From Desulfurococcales archaeon (GTDB lineage Archaea > Thermoproteota > Thermoprotei_A > Sulfolobales > AG1), in NCBI GenBank assembly GCA_015521765.1, contig WANO01000038.1:722-64721 (forward strand): a DNA stretch of 64,000 bases. Reading direction: 5' to 3'. This document shows, in pieces, positions 1-9,400 of this stretch. The position numbers and the translations under genes are program-made. Under the pieces are notes generated by a model, which was given only the letters and a program-made list of their open reading frames with translations, did no database searches and had not been told where the DNA came from. Position 1 is the first letter of the stretch, and each line of letters begins with the position of its first letter.

Positions 1-1
1 T

Positions 2-553
2 GTTGATGCCGTTGTTGTCATGAGAGACGATCTTACGAAAGAGGTTAGAGGTAACGTCACGAGAGATCTGGAGCCCGGCGAGTCCAGGGTTGTGGAGCTT
101 GGATTCATACCATTTGACAAGATAGAGTTTGAGCTAGATATAGTGAATGCCACAGTACTCACCGTTAAGCCCAGCGAGCTGGTTTTGTATGCTTATCCGG
201 CCGGCTTTATAGGGTATCTCTCCACATATTTCATGATTAATTCTATCGACATCGATATTGATGTCGTTAGCGAGGTATCGATCTCTCTGAGACCTCTAGT
301 TGTAGAGCCGGAGCTATGTAGGTTTGCCTCGGTTATCGTTAGGTTTAATAGCGATGTAGTGAGGAGTCAGGGAAATATAATAGTAGTTGTAGGTCTAGTT
401 AATGATAGAGGGATCCTGGCTATGAGAAGCTTTACCGTGTCTGGAGATGCTGTTGAGGATGGATTCTTTATTGCGGATCTCTCTATAGATGAACCCGTCA
501 GATGCGGCGATCCCATATCTGTTTTGGTGTTTATCTCCGGTATAAGTATCTAG
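2..553 (+). CDS. hypothetical protein, C-terminal part (ORF open to the window edge)
   Basis: The frame is open from nt 2 (VDAVVV precedes the first Met at 20). The protein is beta-rich with no catalytic motif. 'NVTRDLEPGESRVVEL' only loosely resembles CARDB/Ig-like surface domains. Confidence 0.4.
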   Translation, partial: VDAVVVMRDDLTKEVRGNVTRDLEPGESRVVELGFIPFDKIEFELDIVNATVLTVKPSELVLYAYPAGFIGYLSTYFMINSIDIDIDVVSEVSISLRPLVVEPELCRFASVIVRFNSDVVRSQGNIIVVVGLVNDRGILAMRSFTVSGDAVEDGFFIADLSIDEPVRCGDPISVLVFISGISI

Positions 554-555
554 AT

Positions 556-882
556 CTACTCGTACTCTCTCCAAACCTTCCCGCATTTTGTGCATCTATA
601 GAACCTTGTGGGTGGCTCGTCGGCCCTTCTGGTCTGCATGATCCAGTACTCAGCCTCGTTCCAGCCGCAGCTGGGGCACCTAACATCTTTAACTATCGGG
701 TTGGAGGTCCTCTTAGTGTCGTCTATAACTATAATCTTCTCCCTTTCCTTATGCTTGATTCTTTGGCCAAGAACAACCCTGCCGCCGCCGCTCGATGACG
801 ACTCGTAGCCGCATGATGAGCACTTGAATCTAGATGGCGCCACGGGCTGCATCAGTGAGCCACAATTAGGGCAAAACATCAT
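556..882 (-). CDS. tfs: transcription factor S (TFS) / RNA polymerase subunit M-like
   Basis: 108 aa. N-terminal Zn ribbon CPNCG...CSSCG and C-terminal TFIIS-type Zn ribbon CPSCG...QTRRADEPPTRFYRCTKCG. Confidence 0.85.
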   Translation of the reverse strand: MMFCPNCGSLMQPVAPSRFKCSSCGYESSSSGGGRVVLGQRIKHKEREKIIVIDDTKRTSNPIVKDVRCPSCGWNEAEYWIMQTRRADEPPTRFYRCTKCGKVWREYE

Positions 883-973
883 TCTGCACCACCTGACGAG
901 CTCTGAAACACTATAGACCCATATTCATGATATAGCGTTTATACCCTTATAAACATGCACGGAGGTGGAGATT

Positions 974-984
974 AAATTTTTAAG
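974..984 (+). promoter_or_regulatory. putative TATA/BRE element for the tRNA-Asp gene
   Basis: AAATTTTTAAG lies about 30 nt upstream of tRNA position 1. Assigned by position and composition only. Confidence 0.35.
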
Positions 985-1011
985 CCCAAATCATATAATC
1001 ATTATTATGGA

Positions 1012-1127
1012 GCCGCGGTAGTATAGCCCGGCCCAGTATGCGGGCCAGGATCTACGTGGTCCCCCGAATGTCGGGCCGTTGGCGCAGATAGCCCGTGACC
1101 CGGGTTCAAATCCCGGCCGCGGCGCCA
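1012..1127 (+). tRNA. tRNA-Asp(GTC) with two introns (1047-1068 and 1074-1089), CCA encoded
   Basis: Acceptor GCCGCGG/CCGCGGC, discriminator G, D stem GTAT/GTAT (with G-U pairs), T arm CCGGG-TTCAAAT-CCCGG. After removing the two BHB-bounded introns the anticodon arm reads CGGGC-CTGTCGA-GCCCG. The isotype depends on the splice model. Confidence 0.75.
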
Positions 1128-1173
1128 ATCTCTAATTCTGGTTTTTGGCTTCTTTGGATCTTCTATAGTATAT

Positions 1174-2283
1174 TTATAGTATATCCTGTATGAACTTACC
1201 GTTCTCGTATATAAGATCCCCATCCCCATAGATCTTAGCTTTACCAGTATCCTTCACGATATCCCAGTGGATCGCAGACATATTCCTGCCACCCGTGGAA
1301 GGGTACGACGCACCCAAAGCCATGTGTATAGTCCCCCCTATCTTCTCATCAAAAAGCACCTGCTTCGTGTGCCTCTTGATATCGTAGTTAAGACCAAATG
1401 CAAACTCCCCCACCACTCTAGCGCCCTCATCAACATCCAGCATCGCTTTAAGCAGGTCTTCACCTTTCCTGGCGCTAGCCTCAACAACCCTTCCTCTCTC
1501 GAACTTGAGCCTGACCCCCTCGATCTCGTATCCTCTCCAGAGAGCTGGATAGGTAAAAGTTATATACCCCTCCGTAGCATCCTCATGGGGTCCTGTGAAG
1601 ACCTCGCCGCCAGGCATGTTCTTTTTCCCATCGTCGTTTATCCAGATCCTCCCATCAACCCTCAGGGTTAGATTTGTGTCTTCATCAACAACCCTTATCT
1701 CGCTAAATCTAGATAGCTTATCAGCTATCTTAGCCTGCGACTCAGCCTGCTTTATCCATGCCTGAACAGGATCTGGTGAGTAGAGCTTTAACGCGTTATA
1801 GATGAAGTCCCTGTAATCTATGATCGACATACCAGCTTCCTGGGCCAGAGCCTTTGTGGGATATGCAGTAACCGTCCATCTCAGGCTACCCTCCCCATCA
1901 CGCTTCATGAATATCTCTGTGAGCTTTCTTGTAGCCGCGCTTCTGATTCGGAATCTCGAGGGATCAACCCCTATAAGGGGTTTAGTGTGTGTCGACGATA
2001 TGATCCCTATCCTCACATCGATGTTCTCTAGTATGAACCTGTCTATGGGTGATAGATACTCTAGAACGTCCTTCGGGGCGTACCTATAGAATATCTCCGT
2101 GAGCTCCTCGTCATCAACTACGAACCTGGGGTATGCGCCGCGGCTAACGGCGAGCCTATAGATCTCTCTGACCAGAGGGAGAGCCTCTACAGTTCCCGAT
2201 ATGAGGACCTCGTCCCCCTTGGATATAGCTGTGCAGTACTCAGCAATTAATCTAGCATACTTATCTATATCCCTCATAGACAA
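1174..2283 (-). CDS. aminopeptidase, M29 (AmpS/PepS) family
   Basis: 369 aa. Family-typical N-terminus (KYARLIAEYC...KGDEVLI) and the PGGEVFTGP...EGYITF motif. Confidence 0.8.
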   Translation of the reverse strand: MSMRDIDKYARLIAEYCTAISKGDEVLISGTVEALPLVREIYRLAVSRGAYPRFVVDDEELTEIFYRYAPKDVLEYLSPIDRFILENIDVRIGIISSTHTKPLIGVDPSRFRIRSAATRKLTEIFMKRDGEGSLRWTVTAYPTKALAQEAGMSIIDYRDFIYNALKLYSPDPVQAWIKQAESQAKIADKLSRFSEIRVVDEDTNLTLRVDGRIWINDDGKKNMPGGEVFTGPHEDATEGYITFTYPALWRGYEIEGVRLKFERGRVVEASARKGEDLLKAMLDVDEGARVVGEFAFGLNYDIKRHTKQVLFDEKIGGTIHMALGASYPSTGGRNMSAIHWDIVKDTGKAKIYGDGDLIYENGKFIQDIL

Positions 2284-2322
2284 CTACCAATAATATGTAT
2301 GTCTATACAGAAAATAACGGCA

Positions 2323-3159
2323 TTACCCAACCGCGGGTTCGATGGTTTTTATCCTCTTTATAAAGCTGGACTCAAGCGATCTATATATTAGAGGTGAAAA
2401 CAATATCGCCAAGATCCTCAACAGCTTGTATCTGAAGCCGATAACCACATCTCCGTTGAAGTCCTCATCAAGGATCTTGCCAACAACATATCTAGCTACG
2501 TATCTAGATGAGTGCCTGGGCACAAGGGGGTTTCTGGGTATGCCTGAATCTCCTATTTTCTCACCGCTTTTGGTCCTGATCAAGTTTCTATGGAACGACG
2601 TCTCCACATAGCCTGGGTATACACCAATCACTCTAATACCGTAGGGCTTGGCCTCAATCCTTATAGAGTCTGTGAACCCCTTAAGCGCAGTCTTGGTTGA
2701 TGTATATATGCTGAACCATGGTATGGGTGTATATACTATCAGGCTGGATACATTAACTATAGCGCCCTTAATCCCCATCCTAATCATGTGCGCCAAACCG
2801 TATTTCGTAATGATCACTGGAGACACGTAGTTGAGGTTGATTATATTCACGATATCCCTATCCTGATACTCGACTATGGGGCCATATATCCCCGCACCCG
2901 CATTGTTGACTATGATCTCCATGTTTCGGTATTTGTTGAGCAGCTCCTGAATTCTCGATACTGTCTCATCTATATTAGACAGATCTATAGTCTCTATAGA
3001 TGAATCACGCCCGAGACCGGATATATGATCCCTAACCTCTTGAAGAGCTAAAGAGTTTCTAGAGCATAGGACAACGTGAAACCCCTTCATAGCGAGCTCA
3101 ATAGCGATGTCTCGACCCAAACCCGATGAGGCCCCAGTAACTAGAGCGTATCTCGCCAA
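2323..3159 (-). CDS. short-chain dehydrogenase/reductase (SDR)
   Basis: TGASSGLGRDIA Rossmann motif, NNAG, and YxxxK (YTSTK). Confidence 0.85.
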   Translation of the reverse strand: MARYALVTGASSGLGRDIAIELAMKGFHVVLCSRNSLALQEVRDHISGLGRDSSIETIDLSNIDETVSRIQELLNKYRNMEIIVNNAGAGIYGPIVEYQDRDIVNIINLNYVSPVIITKYGLAHMIRMGIKGAIVNVSSLIVYTPIPWFSIYTSTKTALKGFTDSIRIEAKPYGIRVIGVYPGYVETSFHRNLIRTKSGEKIGDSGIPRNPLVPRHSSRYVARYVVGKILDEDFNGDVVIGFRYKLLRILAILFSPLIYRSLESSFIKRIKTIEPAVG

Positions 3160-3314
3160 GAGGAGCCCGTGATAAGTTATGTAATCTACCCCTAATTAGG
3201 GTGCTATCTGATATTTAGACAGGGAAATATATTATGTGTGGCATCGATTATTAGTGTTGGAGAGATGCCATAGTGATTCAATATTTTTACGATCCGTAGC
3301 ATAAAACAGCGCTG

Positions 3315-3851
3315 GTGTGCGGCTTAGTGGTGGATCGATATAGGTACCTCATCGATACGGGGGCAAGGACATGGCTAGGGGTGATACTCCTAGCTTTATC
3401 TGCTGTTTTCCTATTCTATGGCGGCAAGATTATATCTGCAGTGGTGTCCATAGCTATTATAGTCATCGTTGCCGTTATAGGCTCTATTATCCTGGGACTC
3501 ATGTTTGGTCTGCTGGGCGTGGTGGTTGGAGCTGTTTTAGGCGGGTTTATAGGCTATCTCATAAGCGGCTTTATGATAGCCTTTACTATAGCTGTGCTTA
3601 TAGCTGTGGTTGTCTTCCATCTATTAAAGGATCTCGGTGCTCCAGAAGTGTTCTCTATAGTTGGGGCTTTTATAGGATTTGTAGTTGGCTATATAGTTTC
3701 TGGGTACATAGTTGGTTACCTCGGCATATTCATAGCGGCGCTACTAGCCTATGAGGGTTCCAGGCTGTTGGGTATAGACAGATCCGTATCACTATCTATA
3801 GGTCTTGCAGTATTGATTTTGGGTGTGGTAATCTCTATAGTGATACCCTGA
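3315..3851 (+). CDS. multi-pass membrane protein, glycine-zipper rich, unknown function
   Basis: 178 aa, almost entirely hydrophobic with repeated GxxxG/GxxxA motifs. Confidence 0.5.
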   Translation: MCGLVVDRYRYLIDTGARTWLGVILLALSAVFLFYGGKIISAVVSIAIIVIVAVIGSIILGLMFGLLGVVVGAVLGGFIGYLISGFMIAFTIAVLIAVVVFHLLKDLGAPEVFSIVGAFIGFVVGYIVSGYIVGYLGIFIAALLAYEGSRLLGIDRSVSLSIGLAVLILGVVISIVIP

Positions 3852-3873
3852 ACCATGCTTTGAGGAAGGGATC

Positions 3874-4500
3874 TTGGATATATATACAGGGAACCCGGAT
3901 CTCGATCTCAAGCTATCTAGATCGAGAGCTCGATTCCTCGTACTCTATGGTGAGCCCGGAGCCGGAAAAAGTAACTTGGCTCTAAAGATATCTAGAGAAA
4001 CCATATTAAGTCGTGGGATCTATACGTACTACATATCGACTGAGGGGGACCTCATAGTTGAGAGGATGTTTCAGCTAAAGATGCCTGGCGATAAGATATA
4101 TTTCACTAACGTAAAGACCCTCCCAGAACTCCTGAAAGCTATCATGCACCTTGTTGACAAGGGAGATGCAGAGCTTATTGTTGTTGATAGTGTGAATAGC
4201 CTTTACCGTGTTGAAACGATGTTTAGTGAGAGGGCTAACCAGATCTTTCTAGCTATACTCTCATTCCTTAAACTGATTTCAGATAGAGGGGCAAGCGTTA
4301 TTGCGACAGCACAGATTAGAGAGGCTGGAGACAGCATTGAGCCTTCTGCCCTAAAGCTAATAAGGTTCTACACGGACCTGTTTGGGAGGGTATCCAGATC
4401 TAGAGGGGTGTGCAGAGTTCTAGAGATTTTAGGGGATAAATACCTGTTTAAGGTAACTGAAGATGGCTTAAAATGGCTGAGCTCTATAGATTTCTGCTAG
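3874..4500 (+). CDS. RecA-superfamily ATPase (KaiC/RadB-like paralogue)
   Basis: Walker A YGEPGAGKSNLALK and Walker B-like LIVVDSV. About 200 aa, a single RecA-like domain. Confidence 0.6.
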   Translation: MDIYTGNPDLDLKLSRSRARFLVLYGEPGAGKSNLALKISRETILSRGIYTYYISTEGDLIVERMFQLKMPGDKIYFTNVKTLPELLKAIMHLVDKGDAELIVVDSVNSLYRVETMFSERANQIFLAILSFLKLISDRGASVIATAQIREAGDSIEPSALKLIRFYTDLFGRVSRSRGVCRVLEILGDKYLFKVTEDGLKWLSSIDFC

Positions 4501-5018
4501 ATCTCACGCGTATAGTCGTTGCAACGATATATATCTATTTCCCAGCCATGGCAGCCAACGGTGCACCAGTATTTATAGCTAGGGGGACACCAATGGATCT
4601 CGGTAGAAAACTTTTTGATGGCCGCAGAATCCTTGGCGACGGAAAGACTTTTGAGGGTTTCTTCATTGGTGTTTTATTCGGCACCTCTGTGGGTGCTATA
4701 TATGCTGTCCATACAGATAACCCGTGGTTCATGCCGTATGCATTGATACTTTCGATAGGGGCCTTGCTCGGAGATGTTATGAGCGCCTTTATAAAGAGGC
4801 GTATTGGTCTTCAGAGGGGTGAGCCCGCTCCTGTACTCGATCAAACATCTTTCCTGGTTATCGCGACTGTCGCGGTTAAGTTCTCGGGTATAGAGTATCT
4901 CGTTGGGGTTGAGATCACTGTGATCCACTATATAACCGGTGTAGCCTTATCGATAATCCTGCATATAGCTACAAACTATGGAGCATATAGGCTTGGCCTA
5001 AAGAGTGTTCCTTGGTAG
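4473..5018 (+). CDS. carS: CDP-archaeol synthase (DUF46 family)
   Basis: AANGAPVF...PMDLG...LGDGKTFEGFFIG matches my recollection of the CarS/DUF46 signature. Five hydrophobic segments. Overlaps the upstream ATPase gene by 28 nt. Confidence 0.65.
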   Translation: MAELYRFLLDLTRIVVATIYIYFPAMAANGAPVFIARGTPMDLGRKLFDGRRILGDGKTFEGFFIGVLFGTSVGAIYAVHTDNPWFMPYALILSIGALLGDVMSAFIKRRIGLQRGEPAPVLDQTSFLVIATVAVKFSGIEYLVGVEITVIHYITGVALSIILHIATNYGAYRLGLKSVPW

Positions 5019-5098
5019 AGCATGCGCTACAATCTGGATAGCTTATTTATTAGTTTTTAATCTTCTTTAGAGATGATAGAGGTCGCTGGTTAATTGGT

Positions 5099-6466
5099 AT
5101 GAGCGATCTTGAGGGTTTAGTTAGGGAGCTGATTAGTAAGGGTGTTGATAGAGATGGGATTATAGACCGGTTGATGCAGGAGATCTCCATATATAAGGAT
5201 CTAGATCCTGAATCCCTCAAAAAAATAAGCAACATAATCTATGAGGAGGTAGCTAAAAGCACCTCTATATGCATGGATGATCCCTCAGGAGACATAATAT
5301 GCCCACACACAACCGGGGTGAGGGCTGGCGAGCTGGGTATAGGATCACGTGGGCTAGGCGACTTTTTCTTCCATGAACAATTGAGGAAGATAGCAAACGC
5401 CACCAGCTCCACAAGCCATATGCTTAGGGACGATGCGGGATGGATCAAGCTAGATAATTTATGGATAGTAACATCTATCGATGGGATACATAGCAGGCTA
5501 GCCTATTTCCCGCTTATAGCCGGTTTCCACGCGGCTAGAGCTGCAGCTAGGGACGTGTTGGTTAAGGGAGCTGTGCCCCTCGGGTTTATTATAGATCTTA
5601 GGATAGCCGATGATGGAGACCCATCACTACTGCTGGAGCTCGAAGCCGGAGTATCTGCTGTAGCCAGCTTCCTCAACATACCCATACTTTCAGGCTCTAC
5701 ATTAAGGATCGGGGGCGATATGGTTATAGGTAAACGCATTGTAGGCACTGTAGGATGTGTAGGTTTCTCTGAGCATGAGCCTATATCTAGAAGCAACATT
5801 GAGGTTGGGGATGTGATCGTCATGACCGAAGGGAGTGGAGGCGGAACCATCACTACTGCAGCTGTATTTGAGGGTGAAAGAGGGGTTGTTGATAAAACAA
5901 TCAATTTCAATACTCTGGGGCTTCTGCTCAAAATGATCAGGAACAGAGATATAGGGCTTGCCTCAGCTGTATTGGACGTGACCAACGGCGGGTTAAGAGG
6001 GGACCTCAACGAGCTGGCTGAATCACTTAATCTGGGGTTTGCCATAGATATAGGTAAGGTTGAGTCGCTCATAGATGGGGATGTGCTTGATTTCATGAGG
6101 AGCCGAGACATAGATCCTTTAGGGGTCTCCCTGGACTCCATATTGTTTATAGTTAACAGGCGGCATGCGGAGAGGCTTGTAGATATTGTTAGGGGGTACG
6201 GTGTAGAGGCGGATATTGTTGGTGAAGTTATCTCTAGGAGGGGTGTCTATAGATACTCTGGCGATCAAAGGGATCTTGAACCCCTGGATCTGATGTATAG
6301 GGAATCCCCATATACCAGAATAAAGAAATATATAGGGTCTGAGAAACCCAGCAATATGAACCATATATTGGATCTGGTTGATAGAGCGTGCAAAGTAGCC
6401 ATATATAAAAGAAACGCTCTCCTAAAATACGCGTCTAGAAACACAAAAGTAGATCTAGAGGAATAA
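5099..6466 (+). CDS. AIR synthase-related (PurM superfamily) protein
   Basis: 455 aa. PurM-like N-domain (DGIHSRL...HAARAAARDVLVKGA) and C-domain (VTNGGLRGDLNELA). The subfamily is not resolved. Confidence 0.6.
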   Translation: MSDLEGLVRELISKGVDRDGIIDRLMQEISIYKDLDPESLKKISNIIYEEVAKSTSICMDDPSGDIICPHTTGVRAGELGIGSRGLGDFFFHEQLRKIANATSSTSHMLRDDAGWIKLDNLWIVTSIDGIHSRLAYFPLIAGFHAARAAARDVLVKGAVPLGFIIDLRIADDGDPSLLLELEAGVSAVASFLNIPILSGSTLRIGGDMVIGKRIVGTVGCVGFSEHEPISRSNIEVGDVIVMTEGSGGGTITTAAVFEGERGVVDKTINFNTLGLLLKMIRNRDIGLASAVLDVTNGGLRGDLNELAESLNLGFAIDIGKVESLIDGDVLDFMRSRDIDPLGVSLDSILFIVNRRHAERLVDIVRGYGVEADIVGEVISRRGVYRYSGDQRDLEPLDLMYRESPYTRIKKYIGSEKPSNMNHILDLVDRACKVAIYKRNALLKYASRNTKVDLEE

Positions 6467-6483
6467 AACCGGATCAGTCATAA

Positions 6484-6960
6484 TCAGTCATATTTAAATA
6501 TGTTTAGATCTAGAACCCTACGATCCCTATATCTTATCACATCAATATTGCCCACTATATACTCTATTAAACCCCTCACAGAAGGCGTAAGATCTAGGTT
6601 TAGAGCCTCACTAATCCCGAACACACCCACAGCCTCCACGTCGCTTCCGGCCACAGCGCTGTCTAGGCTATCTATAGGCTCCATGAGAACATCGAGTATA
6701 ACATAGTGTCTCGACGAAGTGAACACCTCGCTTATATAAACCACACCCATCGGTCTAGCTCTAATACCCGTTTCCTCTTCAAGCTCTCTAACCGCCGCAT
6801 GGAATATATCTTCATCAATCTCTAGATGCCCCCCGGGTATGCTCCACTTACCTGCCCCTGGAGGGTTCCTCCTCTTAACCATAAGTATGTTGCTGCCTCG
6901 ATCAATAACCACACAGCCAACGCCAACAAGCGGTCGATTATATCTATAGCCCATATCCAC
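6484..6960 (-). CDS. NUDIX hydrolase
   Basis: Nudix box GGHLEIDEDIFHAAVRELEEETGI. Confidence 0.8.
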   Translation of the reverse strand: MDMGYRYNRPLVGVGCVVIDRGSNILMVKRRNPPGAGKWSIPGGHLEIDEDIFHAAVRELEEETGIRARPMGVVYISEVFTSSRHYVILDVLMEPIDSLDSAVAGSDVEAVGVFGISEALNLDLTPSVRGLIEYIVGNIDVIRYRDRRVLDLNIFKYD

Positions 6961-7003
6961 TTCTCCAGTTAAATAGGTTTACATAGAATACTTATATTCG
7001 GTA

Positions 7004-7885
7004 GTGTCTACAGGTGCGTTATCTGTGACGATTGACGAGTTCATCTCTATATTCGGTAGAAAACCTCTGATTGGAGTTATCCATCTCCCTAGGCTTCCAA
7101 GCACTATGTATAGTGCCGATATGGGTGTGGAAGAGATCATTGAGAACTCGGTTAGGGAGGCTAAGATGCTGGAGGAGCACGGGTTTAAAGGGGTTATAGT
7201 CGAGAATTTCGGTGATAAACCTTACTATAAGCGTGTGACCGATCCCTTAACCCTATCGATAATAGCTATAGTTTCGAGAGAGATAGTGAGGTCAACAAGT
7301 CTCGTGGTTGGAGTGAATATTCTTAGAAACTCCGGTGTGGAGGCCTATTCGGTGGCTTTGGCGTCTGGAGGTAGGTTTATTAGGGTTAACAGCCTGTCTG
7401 AAACTATAGTTAGTGATTCAGGAATTATAGAGCCTGAAGCCCCAAGGCTTAAAGGCGTGAGAATCAATCACCCAGGGATAAAGGTGTTTGCCGATATACT
7501 GGTTAAGCATTCTGCTAGCTTAAGCTTTAACCTCCTGTATAGCCAGGGCCTATATCTAGGTGACGCCTCAGGCGGGAAGGATCATATTATCAAGACCATT
7601 ATCGAGGACACCGTTGAGAGGGGAGGTGCCGACGCGATCATTTTAACTGGGTATCGAACTGGTGAGCCTGTTGATGCCGACCTTGTCAAGAAGGCTAGAT
7701 CATTGACTCAGACACCCATAGTGATTGGTAGCGGTATAGATCCCGAAAACATCAGGGTTCTTTCAAGCCACTCGGATGGGTTCATCGTTGGCTCCTATAT
7801 AAGGGTTAAGGGTAGAGCTGGAAACCCCATTTGCGAGGATAGAATTAAAAAACTTGTCTCGGCATATAGAGCTTCCATCGGGTAG
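7004..7885 (+). CDS. BtpA/SgcQ-family TIM-barrel protein
   Basis: GVIHLPRLP...VENFGDKPY and the C-terminal GSGI...DGFIVGS resemble the BtpA family. GTG start. Confidence 0.65.
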   Translation: MSTGALSVTIDEFISIFGRKPLIGVIHLPRLPSTMYSADMGVEEIIENSVREAKMLEEHGFKGVIVENFGDKPYYKRVTDPLTLSIIAIVSREIVRSTSLVVGVNILRNSGVEAYSVALASGGRFIRVNSLSETIVSDSGIIEPEAPRLKGVRINHPGIKVFADILVKHSASLSFNLLYSQGLYLGDASGGKDHIIKTIIEDTVERGGADAIILTGYRTGEPVDADLVKKARSLTQTPIVIGSGIDPENIRVLSSHSDGFIVGSYIRVKGRAGNPICEDRIKKLVSAYRASIG

Positions 7886-7957
7886 TGATGATTTAGGTTC
7901 GGTACAGTTATGTAGAGTTTTATTATTTAAGTAGCAATATTTCATAGGTTCAGAATC

Positions 7958-9211
7958 ATGGAAATGGTGATTCTTGCTGCTGGTAAGGGGGAGAGGTTAA
8001 GGCCTATAACCGATGTGAAGCCTAAACCCATGATCAGGATACTGGACAAGACCATCATTGAGAGAATAATAGAGTCCTCATACATGATGGGGGTTAAAAG
8101 ATTCGTTGTCGTAGCTGAGTATAGATACGATATTCTGGCTAAGCACCTATCCAGAATAGCTGAGAGACTGGGGACAGAGATATCGATCGTTAGACAAAAA
8201 ACCGAGCTGGGAACAGGGCACGCGTTACTGGAGGCTTTGCCCTCTATAAACTCCGATGATCCTATAGTTGTCTACGGCGATCTCTATGTTTCAGAAAACG
8301 CCCTAAAAAGAGTTATAGAATCCCCACCCAACTCTCTTTTAGGTATTAGGGTTGCTGATCCGTCAAGCTACGGGTTGCTACATGTTAGAGACGGCGTTGC
8401 CTACGGTATTGATGAGAAACCCTCTAAACCCAAGTTTTCCGGACCCTACCTAATAAACGGAGGGATATATAGGTTCTCTAAAGAAGCGCTTAAATACCTC
8501 GAAGACATCGAGCCTTCTCCAAGGGGAGAGATCGAGTTGACCGATCTAATAAACCACACAGCAAAAATGGGCTTCCGCTTCAAGGTTGTGGAGGCCTCCT
8601 ACTACGATGACTGGATCGATATCGGGAGACCCTGGAATATATTGGATGTGCACGAAAGACTGCTAAAAGACCTTAGGAACAAGGTTGTGAAGGGCAGAGT
8701 TAGCCCGTCTGCAGAGATCAAAGGGCCAGTATATATAGAGGACGGTGCAGAGGTGAAGGGATGCTCGATAATTGAGGGGCCGGCATATATCGATAGGAAC
8801 GCTACTATCGGCCCAAACTCGTATATTAGGCCCTACACATATATAGGTGAGGGATCTAAGATAGGCTTCTCAGTAGAAGTAAAGAACAGCGTTATATATG
8901 AAGACGCGAGAATACCCCATCTAAGCTATATTGGCGACTCCGTCATATGTGAGGGTGTGAACTTTGGTGCAGGAACCCTTATAGCAAACCTAAGGTTTGA
9001 TGAGAATCCTGTGAAGGTGACCGTGAAGGGAGAAAGGCTTAGCAGTGGAAGGAAGAAGCTTGGTGCATTTATTGGTGCTTATGTTAAGACGGGAATAAAC
9101 TCCTCTATCCTTCCTGGGGTTAAGGTTGGTGCGTATTCCGTGATATATCCAGGTGTTGTTGTGGGTAGGGATGTTGACTATGGGAGTGTGGTTAGATCAA
9201 ATATAATTTAG
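7958..9211 (+). CDS. bifunctional sugar-1-phosphate nucleotidyltransferase / acetyltransferase (GlmU-like)
   Basis: N-terminal LAAGKGERLRPITDVKPKPM nucleotidyltransferase motif. The C-terminal half has hexapeptide (left-handed beta-helix) repeats. Confidence 0.8.
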   Translation: MEMVILAAGKGERLRPITDVKPKPMIRILDKTIIERIIESSYMMGVKRFVVVAEYRYDILAKHLSRIAERLGTEISIVRQKTELGTGHALLEALPSINSDDPIVVYGDLYVSENALKRVIESPPNSLLGIRVADPSSYGLLHVRDGVAYGIDEKPSKPKFSGPYLINGGIYRFSKEALKYLEDIEPSPRGEIELTDLINHTAKMGFRFKVVEASYYDDWIDIGRPWNILDVHERLLKDLRNKVVKGRVSPSAEIKGPVYIEDGAEVKGCSIIEGPAYIDRNATIGPNSYIRPYTYIGEGSKIGFSVEVKNSVIYEDARIPHLSYIGDSVICEGVNFGAGTLIANLRFDENPVKVTVKGERLSSGRKKLGAFIGAYVKTGINSSILPGVKVGAYSVIYPGVVVGRDVDYGSVVRSNII

Positions 9212-9400
9212 CCTGATGCGATAGCCTCAGAGAACGTCTATATTTTGCCTCCCCGCATCTATATAGATCACACGTTACACATTACTGCAGAAATTTAATT
9301 TTAATAAGGGCTCATATAAATCAATACTAGTAGCGGGGACACCATCTCTGCAAAGCAAAACGCTATATGGCTACATGGATTAGAGCTGGGGTGGTGATCT

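Noticed and set aside
1041-1095. Single-intron models for the tRNA at 1012-1127
   Set aside because: Every single 38-nt deletion leaves an anticodon loop without U33 (for example GCAGATA or CCAGATA). Only the two-intron model gives a canonical loop with both junctions inside 3-nt bulges.
1005-1229. 74-aa minus-strand ORF
   Set aside because: It lies antisense across the tRNA-Asp gene and runs into the aminopeptidase 3' end. Its composition reflects the GC-rich tRNA stems, so it is spurious.
5503-6141. 212-aa Ser/Pro-rich minus-strand ORF
   Set aside because: It is fully antisense to the PurM-like gene, which has clear family motifs. Its low-complexity composition is typical of an antisense frame.
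7885-7957. C-box-like GTGATGA downstream of the BtpA gene (possible C/D box sRNA)
   Set aside because: No CTGA D or D' boxes occur at appropriate spacing, and there is no terminal stem. It is probably a chance match in the intergenic region.
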